28,904 nt of DNA. Source: Crocinitomicaceae bacterium. Its GTDB lineage: Bacteria; Bacteroidota; Bacteroidia; Flavobacteriales_D; Parvicellaceae. The notes under the pieces were generated by a model. It searched no databases. It was not told where the DNA came from and saw only the letters and a program-made list of their open reading frames with translations. Below, piece by piece: positions 18,032-26,058 of the stretch. Location: contig JAYPLD010000004.1 of NCBI GenBank assembly GCA_038129265.1, forward strand, positions 1 to 28,904, read 5' to 3'. Position numbers and translations under genes: made by a program. Positions within the stretch are counted from its first letter, which is position 1; every line of letters begins with the position of its first letter.

Positions 18032-19244
18032 TTTTTTCTATGAATTCTTTGTATGATTTAATGAAGGCTTCAAAAAACAAATCTCCAGTTAATTTATAAC
18101 CTTTGGTGGTGAAATGAATTTTATCAGATTTAGCAAGACCGTTTTCTTCCCATTTAACGATGCTATTCATCCCCCCCATAACAGAAAATAAATCCCAAAT
18201 TACGCCATCGTGTTTTTTAGCTAACTTATACATTGTTTTTTTAGCTTCAATCACACGTTTATTTACCACTTTCTTCTTATAATAACTATCGTTATTAGTC
18301 GTAAATAAAAAATTGGCATCTGGAAATTGATCTTTAATCAGATTGATTAATGTGTCATAATTTTTAAAATAGGTTTCCGGTAAGAATGAAGGTTCATATG
18401 CGTCATTGATTCCAATAGAAAAGATGATCAAATCAGGGTTGACTAGATCAAGTTGATCCATAAAATATTCGCATCTTAAATAGCTAGGAACACTAGCCCC
18501 ATTTACTCCAACTGAATGATACGTAATTCCCTTTAATTGTGATGAAAAATTTAGTCCAAATAGTGAAAATTTCCCTTTTTCATGATTTTCTCTTTCAATC
18601 CGTACTATAACTGAGTCAACGAGGTTAGATAACACAAATGATTGTCTATCCTCCCTCAGCTCTATTGAAACAGTCGAGTCGGTAAGTATATCTATACAAT
18701 GATTATGTAAAGAATCATCTACTAAAAAGTCAATTTGATCAAAAAAACAATTCACGCAATGTTCTTTGTTTACATAAAAAGTAATTAATGATGTAGAGTC
18801 CATTAACTCTGCTCTAGCCCCTAAAAGACCAAATGGTGAATCGTGATAAGAAACCGAATTTCTAAAGCCATTCCATTCTCCACTGTGAGTTGTTTTTAAA
18901 TACGGTGATGCATTGGATTTTATTAACTTAAACGGGAAATACAAGCCTCTTGAAGCACCATTATAAGGAACTATATGCTGAAAGTGATCTCTTAATCTAT
19001 TAGACCAAACGTCTGCTTGAATGTGTGAACCACCAAATTGGATGATATTAATTTCCTCTCCTCCATAAAGCCATTGATTACGTATTTTGCTTAAAAAGCT
19101 ACCCCACTTTTTTTTATTAAAAATAACCAGTTCATTATCCTTTTCGTCTATAAAATTATATTGCGAATGATCGTGTGGATAATGCTGAGCGTGAGAAAAA
19201 GAACAAATCAACAAGCCAAAATATATACTTAGAAAAATCTTCAT
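18018..19244 (-). CDS. SGNH/GDSL family protein (PatB/Ape/AlgJ-like)
   Basis: Signal peptide. Block I GGSHIQAD, block II GVNGAS, block III GINDA, block V DKIHF. Confidence 0.85.
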   Translation of the reverse strand: MKIFLSIYFGLLICSFSHAQHYPHDHSQYNFIDEKDNELVIFNKKKWGSFLSKIRNQWLYGGEEINIIQFGGSHIQADVWSNRLRDHFQHIVPYNGASRGLYFPFKLIKSNASPYLKTTHSGEWNGFRNSVSYHDSPFGLLGARAELMDSTSLITFYVNKEHCVNCFFDQIDFLVDDSLHNHCIDILTDSTVSIELREDRQSFVLSNLVDSVIVRIERENHEKGKFSLFGLNFSSQLKGITYHSVGVNGASVPSYLRCEYFMDQLDLVNPDLIIFSIGINDAYEPSFLPETYFKNYDTLINLIKDQFPDANFLFTTNNDSYYKKKVVNKRVIEAKKTMYKLAKKHDGVIWDLFSVMGGMNSIVKWEENGLAKSDKIHFTTKGYKLTGDLFFEAFIKSYKEFIEKNGRI

Positions 19245-19246
19245 TC

Positions 19247-20671
19247 TTATTTATTCTCCTTGTAAAAAGTGTAACATTCCATTAAATCTGCTATGAACAT
19301 ATCTGCTACTTCCCTTGCCCCTTTATTTGTAAAATGAATGTAATCTCTTGCTGCTAGGGGTGGTTTCAATTTAACCCAATCTTGAATGGATCCTTCTCCT
19401 CCCATATTGAGGTAGGTATCCCAATAGCAAGAATTTGTTTCAAAAGCTGCTTTTTTAAGGGCTTGACGAACTTCATTAATATAAGGATAACTTATAAAAG
19501 ATGTGGACTCTTTTTTAGCCATATCTGCGGGACCTATCACAATAACTTGAGCCTTTGGATTTATTCTTTTCAACTTTTTGATTTGGCTTTTGAAGTAATT
19601 TCCATATCGTGCGCTGCGCTCAATGCTTTTCATGTGGGGTATAGCATTACCACCAAATTCTAACAAGAATAAATCCGGTGATAATTGAGTTAACATTTCT
19701 GAAAGACTGGTTTTATCAATTCTCGCAAATTCAGTTCCTGATGCCCCTCTTAAAGGTATATTATCAACTACCACTCCATTATTTCCTTCCAAAGCAATAC
19801 CATATACTAGTGGTGAAGACGTAGATTTCATTTTAATTTCAAAATAAGATGGTGCTCTATTAAAACTGATCGACTTTTTTTGAATTTGAGATGAAGGAGC
19901 AATGGTGTCCACGCGAATAATGGAATCAGCTAATAGAAATGAAAATATAGTGGTATCCTGATTTGTGAAAAAGATGTCAAAATGGGTATAGTTACGACAG
20001 TGTTTGTACGATTTAGTTGGTTTTCCAATTTTAATCCATCCTTCATAAATTAAAGACGAATCTTTTTTTATTGGTTCAATTTCACAAAATGAAAATAGCG
20101 CTCCATACTTTTTATGTTTTACTATGGTATCAACATAAGGGCCGAATCCAGTTCTACGGATCCAATTGGAAGAATATTCATTTTTTATACTGATTTTTCG
20201 AGTTGCAGGAATTACAGCATATGCACCGGCCCCTAGCCCTCCAAAGTCTTTTTGTAACCTTTCTCTCAATCTGCCTGAAATTCGATCTGCTTCAATCTGT
20301 GAATCTCCGTAGTGCATTACGCGGACCTTTTTATTTTTTGCTTTTTCCAGTTTTTTAAAAAAGGGAAATAATAGGGTTATATCGTTTTGAGGAAATTGGA
20401 TTTTCTTTTCTGCGTTTAGAACCGAATCCTCGTACTTTTTTCTAATTAATTCCTCTACTTTTTTAATACTGTCTGCCAAAAACTTTTCTCTTGCAATTAT
20501 GGAATCTAAATTGATTTTATTTTTCAATTCAATGGGTTCTGTGTTTAGATTCGAATCTACATATGCTGTTTTATCAAAAAAACGAAAGTTTACCTGACCA
20601 ATATGAATACCATTTTCAGGAAAAATGAAAAAGACCATCATTAAAGCGGCAAACAATGAACAGAAATACAA
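19247..20671 (-). CDS. Membrane-anchored SGNH/GDSL family protein (PatB/AlgX-like); start codon uncertain
   Basis: N-terminal TM segment. Block I GDSQIEAD, block II LRGASG, block III FGGN, block V DYIHF. Start is TTG 20671 or a non-canonical ATA 20692 (see findings). Confidence 0.82.
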   Translation of the reverse strand: MYFCSLFAALMMVFFIFPENGIHIGQVNFRFFDKTAYVDSNLNTEPIELKNKINLDSIIAREKFLADSIKKVEELIRKKYEDSVLNAEKKIQFPQNDITLLFPFFKKLEKAKNKKVRVMHYGDSQIEADRISGRLRERLQKDFGGLGAGAYAVIPATRKISIKNEYSSNWIRRTGFGPYVDTIVKHKKYGALFSFCEIEPIKKDSSLIYEGWIKIGKPTKSYKHCRNYTHFDIFFTNQDTTIFSFLLADSIIRVDTIAPSSQIQKKSISFNRAPSYFEIKMKSTSSPLVYGIALEGNNGVVVDNIPLRGASGTEFARIDKTSLSEMLTQLSPDLFLLEFGGNAIPHMKSIERSARYGNYFKSQIKKLKRINPKAQVIVIGPADMAKKESTSFISYPYINEVRQALKKAAFETNSCYWDTYLNMGGEGSIQDWVKLKPPLAARDYIHFTNKGAREVADMFIADLMECYTFYKENK

Positions 20672-20688
20672 TAGTGCGTAGTGGGGCT

Positions 20689-21867
20689 TTATGGATTTTT
20701 CTTCTTTAATATTATTTTAAAATTTTGTTTTTGATATGGGTTGTATTCATTAATCTCTCTAACTGAGCAGTCATATTTTTTAGCAATTTCCCAAAACTGT
20801 AATGACTTATCTTTTTGAAATGTATGTGTTTCGAAACTATCACTATTTTCATTTCTACCCACAATAATATTTTGATCCACATAAATTAATGAAGAACTTA
20901 GGTTATTCCAGTTCATCAAATTCCTTACTGATACATTGTATTTTAAGGCAATTTTTCCTAATACATCTCCTTTAACCACTTTATGAATTTTATCTTCTGT
21001 TAATAGGTCACTTTGAAAAAATGAATTTTCATTCAATGAATCTTGTAACGATGAAATTTTGGACTCATTTTTCTTTAGAAAGTCTCCTACATCCTTGCTT
21101 AGCAAAATAGGATAATCTGCTGGCAATACATTCCTGAGAAGTACCTGATTATTTTGCAAAATTAGTTCGAAGTCTAGTTTTTTAAAATCATATATAGCAT
21201 CAAAACTAAGAGGCTTTGAAAATCTAAAATAGGATTGGTCTGTTTTTGTATTGTTATCATATATTTTATCGTAATGAAAACGGGCAGAATCTAAACTCAA
21301 AAGCATATCAATTTCTTGGATATATGGAATTAGTAAATCTGGTCTTTTTTCCAGATTTAAAACAAAATTTGGAGATATTAAAAAAGCAAGTAGAGTGGCT
21401 TTCTTTTGACCATAAATTTTCCAAAGACGATTCAATTCATTGGCAGCCGCTATTGTTGATTTTTTATAATTCAGCCTTTCATCAATAAAATAATTCATGA
21501 TTAAGCCATTGTTCAGAGCGGTAATGTAATTTAAATTCCATACCCCAACGCCTAAATGACTGGGAGATTTTAGATTAGAATAAGATGTAATGATGGGGAT
21601 TTTGGAAAAGAAGGAAGGTAAATCAAATGGCTCAAATACAGAATCCATATAATTAACCATGTCTAAATGTTCACAAATCAAGGATTTTATTTTTCTTTTC
21701 TCTTTTTTACTAACTAGAGAAGCAGCGATAGAAGAATGAAATTTAATATGACACGTATTGTCTTCATTAAACTGTAGATCATTCAAAGGGAAATAAGCAC
21801 TTTGCGCGTTTATCAACTGGTTAATGATGATGAAAAATAATATCCCAATTCCACATGATTTATACAC
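20689..21867 (-). CDS. MltD-like lytic transglycosylase-LysM protein, apparently catalytically degenerate
   Basis: GTG start, signal peptide. SLT-like segment LPSFFSKIPIITS...GVGVWNL...IDERLNYKKSTIAAANEL..LWKIYG...LLAF. One clear LysM (HKVVKGDVLGKIALKYNVSVRNLMNWNNL) and a degenerate second. Confidence 0.8.
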   Translation of the reverse strand: MYKSCGIGILFFIIINQLINAQSAYFPLNDLQFNEDNTCHIKFHSSIAASLVSKKEKRKIKSLICEHLDMVNYMDSVFEPFDLPSFFSKIPIITSYSNLKSPSHLGVGVWNLNYITALNNGLIMNYFIDERLNYKKSTIAAANELNRLWKIYGQKKATLLAFLISPNFVLNLEKRPDLLIPYIQEIDMLLSLDSARFHYDKIYDNNTKTDQSYFRFSKPLSFDAIYDFKKLDFELILQNNQVLLRNVLPADYPILLSKDVGDFLKKNESKISSLQDSLNENSFFQSDLLTEDKIHKVVKGDVLGKIALKYNVSVRNLMNWNNLSSSLIYVDQNIIVGRNENSDSFETHTFQKDKSLQFWEIAKKYDCSVREINEYNPYQKQNFKIILKKKNP

Positions 21868-21871
21868 TTTA

Positions 21872-21879
21872 TAAATTTG
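21872..21879 (+). promoter_or_regulatory. Candidate -7 promoter element for the DUF3078 gene
   Basis: Exact TAnnTTTG (TAAATTTG) upstream of ATG 21934/21955. No clear -33 element. Confidence 0.4.
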
Positions 21880-21933
21880 ACTTATTTAAGTGAAAAGAAC
21901 ATATAAATTCAAAATAATTTTTAACAGTTAAAA

Positions 21934-22968
21934 ATGGAAAATCAAGTAAAATCAATGTATTATAAATTCATACTGATTGCTTTTCTATTCAACATCTTAC
22001 AAATTCATACTCAAGATTTAAAAGATTGGCAAAAAAAAATCACCCTACCAGACACCACTTTTAATGTGGATTCTAGCTATTGGATTAAAGGTTCTATTTT
22101 TAATATTGGATTTAACCGAGTTGGTCTCTACAACTGGGCTGGTGGTGGACAGAACTCCATGTCTGTCCAAGGATTAACAAACAATTATCTATTACTAAAA
22201 CATCGTAAAATTTCATGGATGAACCAACTCACCTTATCTTATGGAATTATTCGAAATGGATTTGGAGATAGTATTCCTTGGCTAAAGAATGATGATCGTA
22301 TAGAACTGACATCAAAATTTGGGAGAAAAACAAAATATAAATGGGATTATTCCATCTTATTTAATTTCAGAACTCAATTTGAAGAGGGATTTAACTCCCC
22401 TGATGATGTTACTGAAAACAACTACTTTTCAAAGTTTTTCTCTCCAGCATATCCCCTTTTGGCAATGGGTTTTGATTATAAAAAAGATCAAGAATTTTCT
22501 TGTTTTTTGTCGCCAGCCACACTTAAATCAACCGTTGTACTAGATGAGTTTTTATATTCACAAGGTGTTTTTGGGGTAGAAGCCGGTAGGAAATTAAGGG
22601 TAGAGGCCGGTGGTTATTTAAACCTAAACTATCGAAAAGCTTCATTTTTAAACGTAAGAGACTTAAACCTAAGATCTAATCTAAGTTTATTTAGCAATTA
22701 CGTGGAACAACCTGAAAATATCGATGTTACCTGGGAAACGTTAATTTCTTACAAGCTTAAAAAATTATTTAGCATCACCTTTTCATCTTATCTAATTTAT
22801 GATCATGACACTAAAATACCTAGGTTTAACAAGGACGGTAGTCCAGTTCACTTGTTAAATAGCCAAGGCTTCCCTTATTTGGACGAAAACGGAAATAAAA
22901 TTCAAAAGAGGGGTGCTGCAGTTCAGTTTAAAGAAGTGCTTACACTTGGAATTTTATTGTCTTTTTAG
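21934..22968 (+). CDS. DUF3078 family outer-membrane beta-barrel protein
   Basis: Signal peptide (ATG 21955 is an alternative start). YNWAGGG.NS, KNDDRIELTSKFG, LFNFRTQF..G, FFSPAY, SLFSNY...PENIDV.WE, QFKEVL.LG. Terminal Phe. Confidence 0.8.
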   Translation: MENQVKSMYYKFILIAFLFNILQIHTQDLKDWQKKITLPDTTFNVDSSYWIKGSIFNIGFNRVGLYNWAGGGQNSMSVQGLTNNYLLLKHRKISWMNQLTLSYGIIRNGFGDSIPWLKNDDRIELTSKFGRKTKYKWDYSILFNFRTQFEEGFNSPDDVTENNYFSKFFSPAYPLLAMGFDYKKDQEFSCFLSPATLKSTVVLDEFLYSQGVFGVEAGRKLRVEAGGYLNLNYRKASFLNVRDLNLRSNLSLFSNYVEQPENIDVTWETLISYKLKKLFSITFSSYLIYDHDTKIPRFNKDGSPVHLLNSQGFPYLDENGNKIQKRGAAVQFKEVLTLGILLSF

Positions 22969-24665
22969 AGGATTTCTACTGTTAAGCTATTATCTGTTTT
23001 AACCACTTTAGTAAGGCCTTGTTTACCTAATGATTTTATAGACTTATCCCATTGTTTATTTGATAATCCTGATAAGTTTTTGAGCTCAGCGAGGTCCATC
23101 TTTTTTTCTTTTGATAACGCATCAAAAATGATTTTTTCGTTATCAGTGAGATTGTTTTTCTGATCATCGTTTTGCCAGACTTCTGGCTTCATTTGCGGAA
23201 AGAAGAGCACTTCTTGAATGGAAGGCTGATTACATAGAAACATAACTAATCTGTCAATTCCTATACCCATCCCTGAGGTAGGTGGCATACCATATTCTAA
23301 AGCTCTTACAAAATCTAGATCTATAAACATGGCTTCATCATCACCTTTTTCAGCTAATTTAACTTGTTCTTCAAAGCGTTCTTTTTGGTCTATTGGATCA
23401 TTTAGCTCTGAATATGCATTGGCTAATTCTTTTCCATTTACCATCAGTTCAAATCGTTCTGTAAGTTCGGGGTTATCTCTATGTTTTTTACAGAGTGGCG
23501 ACATTTCTACAGGATAATCCGTGATAAAAGTGGGTTGGATATAATTGCTCTCACATTTTTCACCAAAAATTTCATCAATTAGCTTTCCTTTACCCATAGA
23601 TTCATCTACTTCCACACCAAGATTTGTACATACTTCTCTAATTTCAAACTCGTTCATCTTTGAAATATCTACACCAGTGTGTTCCTTAATTGAATCTAGC
23701 ATGGCAATGCGCTTAAAAGGACTTTTAAAGCTTACTGTTTTTTCACCTATTTTTACTTCTGTTGTTCCCAAAACTTCTAAACATATACTTTCAAGCATCT
23801 TTTCCGTAAAATCCATCATCCATTTGTAATCTTTGTAGGCTACATAAATTTCCATTTGTGTGAATTCAGGATTATGGGTTCTGTCCATGCCTTCATTTCG
23901 AAAATCTTTAGCAAACTCATACACCCCTTCGAATCCTCCAACAATAAGTCTCTTTAAGTAAAGTTCGTTAGCAATTCTCAAATAAAGCGGGATATCTAAG
24001 GTGTTGTGGTGCGTAATAAAAGGTCTTGCTGCTGCCCCACCAGGAATAGGCTGTAAAATGGGTGTTTCCACTTCTAAGTAGCCATGATTGTTCAAAAAAT
24101 TACGCATACTAGACATGATTTTTGAACGTTTTATAAATGTTTCTTTAACGTGATTGTTGACTACTAAATCAACATATCTTCTTCTGTATCGCAGTTCAGG
24201 GTCATTAAATGCATCATACACATTGCCATCCTTGTCGGTTTTTGGTAATGGCAACGGTTTTAAAGACTTACTTAACAGATGAAAATGATGAACATCAATA
24301 GTGATTTCGCCTACTCGTGTTTTGAAAACCTCTCCTTCGATACCTATAAAATCACCAAGATCAAGCCACTTTTTAAACACATCATTGTAGCTGCTTTTAT
24401 CATCATCTGGACAAATTGTGTCTCTATTGAAATATACTTGGATTTTTCCTTTGGCATCTTGGATCACTCCAAAACTAGCTTTACCTTGAATTTTTCTCCT
24501 TAATAACCTTCCAGCTATAATTACTTTTTCTCCTTCTTTGTAATTATCTAATATTTCTGAAGAATAGTGAGACCTACAAAATTCACTTGCTGGATAAGGA
24601 TCAATACCATATTCTCGAAGTTTCTGAAGGCTTTCCCTTCTTATAATTTCTTGTTCTGAAAGCAT
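22965..24665 (-). CDS. lysS: Lysine--tRNA ligase (class II) with C-terminal extension
   Basis: OB anticodon domain (QGKASF). Motif 1 GYLEVETPIL, YLRIANELYLKRLIVGG, motif 2 FRNEGMDRTHNPEFT, motif 3 GMGIGIDRL. Confidence 0.97.
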   Translation of the reverse strand: MLSEQEIIRRESLQKLREYGIDPYPASEFCRSHYSSEILDNYKEGEKVIIAGRLLRRKIQGKASFGVIQDAKGKIQVYFNRDTICPDDDKSSYNDVFKKWLDLGDFIGIEGEVFKTRVGEITIDVHHFHLLSKSLKPLPLPKTDKDGNVYDAFNDPELRYRRRYVDLVVNNHVKETFIKRSKIMSSMRNFLNNHGYLEVETPILQPIPGGAAARPFITHHNTLDIPLYLRIANELYLKRLIVGGFEGVYEFAKDFRNEGMDRTHNPEFTQMEIYVAYKDYKWMMDFTEKMLESICLEVLGTTEVKIGEKTVSFKSPFKRIAMLDSIKEHTGVDISKMNEFEIREVCTNLGVEVDESMGKGKLIDEIFGEKCESNYIQPTFITDYPVEMSPLCKKHRDNPELTERFELMVNGKELANAYSELNDPIDQKERFEEQVKLAEKGDDEAMFIDLDFVRALEYGMPPTSGMGIGIDRLVMFLCNQPSIQEVLFFPQMKPEVWQNDDQKNNLTDNEKIIFDALSKEKKMDLAELKNLSGLSNKQWDKSIKSLGKQGLTKVVKTDNSLTVEIL

Positions 24666-24681
24666 CCTAGCAATACTAATC

Positions 24682-25512
24682 TTACCTTACTAATATGCTA
24701 CCTGAAGCAATAGTAGATTTCAGAGGATTAAGACATAATACAGGAACTTTTGCTTTATTCGCAATAATTTCTTGTTGATAAGAGCTCCCCAAAACACCCA
24801 TTAGTGAATTTTTCTGAAGATTCATTATCGCAATCAGATCCGCTTCAACTTTTTTAGATAATTTAAAAACTCCCTCTAACAGGTTATCTCCATCATCTAC
24901 AATTTGGGTGGTAAACTTGACATTTTTTCCCTTAAGGTATTTAGCAGCCCAAATTCTATTTGCTTTTAGTTTATTAGACAAGAACTCATCTGATTCGTTG
25001 GGTGTTATTAAATGAACTTCTGAATCAAAATAATGAGCAATACTAGCAACCATTTCTAGCTTTTGTTTAGTTTCATTATTTAAATCTAGTGGAACAACAA
25101 TACTATCATATCCTGTGTCATTCATAAGTTGATCTTGAACTACAATAAATGGAACTGAGGAATTCGTTATTACCTTCAAAGCATAACTTCCCGTAATTTT
25201 TTGCCATCCACTTGCTCCATGGGTCCCCATAATGATTAAAGAAACGCCCAATTCAGAAGCTGCATCACCAATATCATCAAATATATTTCCAACTCTAACA
25301 ATGGAGCGAACTTCAATTTGATCATTGACTTTTTTGGCCCAATTCTCTTCTTCCTTAAGTTTAGATGTAGCAGCAGGTATATCTGACTTATCCTTAACTA
25401 CATTTAATAAGATTACTTCAGCTTGAACAATGACACCCAATTTTACTGCATGTTGAATGGCAGAATGTGCTTCATTCGTAAAATCGGTGGGTACAAGTAA
25501 TTTAGTCTTCAT
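24682..25512 (-). CDS. Universal stress protein (tandem USP domains)
   Basis: KLLVPTDFT, LIIMGTHGASG, GSYALKVITNSSVPFIVV. Second domain SIVVPLD...ADLIAIM...VPVLC. Confidence 0.88.
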   Translation of the reverse strand: MKTKLLVPTDFTNEAHSAIQHAVKLGVIVQAEVILLNVVKDKSDIPAATSKLKEEENWAKKVNDQIEVRSIVRVGNIFDDIGDAASELGVSLIIMGTHGASGWQKITGSYALKVITNSSVPFIVVQDQLMNDTGYDSIVVPLDLNNETKQKLEMVASIAHYFDSEVHLITPNESDEFLSNKLKANRIWAAKYLKGKNVKFTTQIVDDGDNLLEGVFKLSKKVEADLIAIMNLQKNSLMGVLGSSYQQEIIANKAKVPVLCLNPLKSTIASGSILVR

Positions 25513-25531
25513 GGTTGCAAATATTTGAGGC

Positions 25532-25556
25532 TACAAATTTAGAATTAAAATTTGTA
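25532..25556 (-). promoter_or_regulatory. USP promoter -7 element embedded in a perfect 9-bp inverted repeat
   Basis: Minus-strand TAAATTTG at 25534-25541 (exact TAnnTTTG). TACAAATTT(25532-40)-N7-AAATTTGTA(25548-56). Confidence 0.5.
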
Positions 25557-25570
25557 TCTATATCTGATTA

Positions 25571-26017
25571 TTACGCAGTTTTTTCTTGAAGAACTTTTTC
25601 AGGTTCTTGAATTTTATCCTCGTTAGTTGAAATATCCTTTAAAACTGCACCCATTTTACAATTACCTGAGAAGATAGCACCTGGTTCTATAGATAACTTA
25701 TTGGTTGAAATTTCTCCTTGCAGTTTAGCTGTGCTTTTTAATGATAATAACTCATCTACTTCTATAACCCCATTCAGCTTTCCTTCAATATCTGCGTTTT
25801 TACAGAAAATGTTTCCATCAATTTTTCCAGTCGGGCCAAGCACTAGTCTACCTTTCACATTTATTATCCCTTTTACATAACCGTCTATTCTAATATTAGA
25901 ATCTGATTTTATGTCACCCTCTATGTGAGTTCCTTCCACAATTCGGTTTAGTCTTTCAGGGGACTGACTTCCATTTGAATAACCTGCCATAGTATGTTTA
26001 TCTGATTTAAATACCAT
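25571..26017 (-). CDS. Bactofilin (polymer-forming cytoskeletal protein, CcmA-like)
   Basis: NRIVEGTHIEGDIKSDSNIRIDGYVKG...LVLGPTGKIDGNI.C..ADIEG...LSIEPGAIFSGNC.M. Start ATG 26017 (or 25990); the track TTG 26029 lies inside the promoter element. Confidence 0.9.
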   Translation of the reverse strand: MVFKSDKHTMAGYSNGSQSPERLNRIVEGTHIEGDIKSDSNIRIDGYVKGIINVKGRLVLGPTGKIDGNIFCKNADIEGKLNGVIEVDELLSLKSTAKLQGEISTNKLSIEPGAIFSGNCKMGAVLKDISTNEDKIQEPEKVLQEKTA

Positions 26018-26026
26018 AATAAGGTG

Positions 26027-26034
26027 CAAATATA
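26027..26034 (-). promoter_or_regulatory. Bactofilin promoter -7 element
   Basis: Exact TATATTTG on the minus strand in the sprE-bactofilin intergenic gap. Confidence 0.55.
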
Positions 26035-26058
26035 TAAAAAAGGATTTTTATGGTCATT

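Noticed and set aside
19015-19050. SGNH block I reads GGSH rather than GDSH
   Set aside because: The nucleophile Ser, block III Asn and DxxH are intact, so no inactivation can be claimed.
19382-24503. Short ORFs 19382-19663, 21246-21488, 22319-22543, 23329-23517, 23545-23829, 24279-24503
   Set aside because: Shadows of the SGNH, MltD-like, DUF3078 and lysS genes.
26018-26029. Track start of bactofilin at TTG 26029 (and likewise sprE at TTG 28773)
   Set aside because: Both TTGs are the TTTG of putative -7 promoter elements; downstream ATGs give better N-termini.
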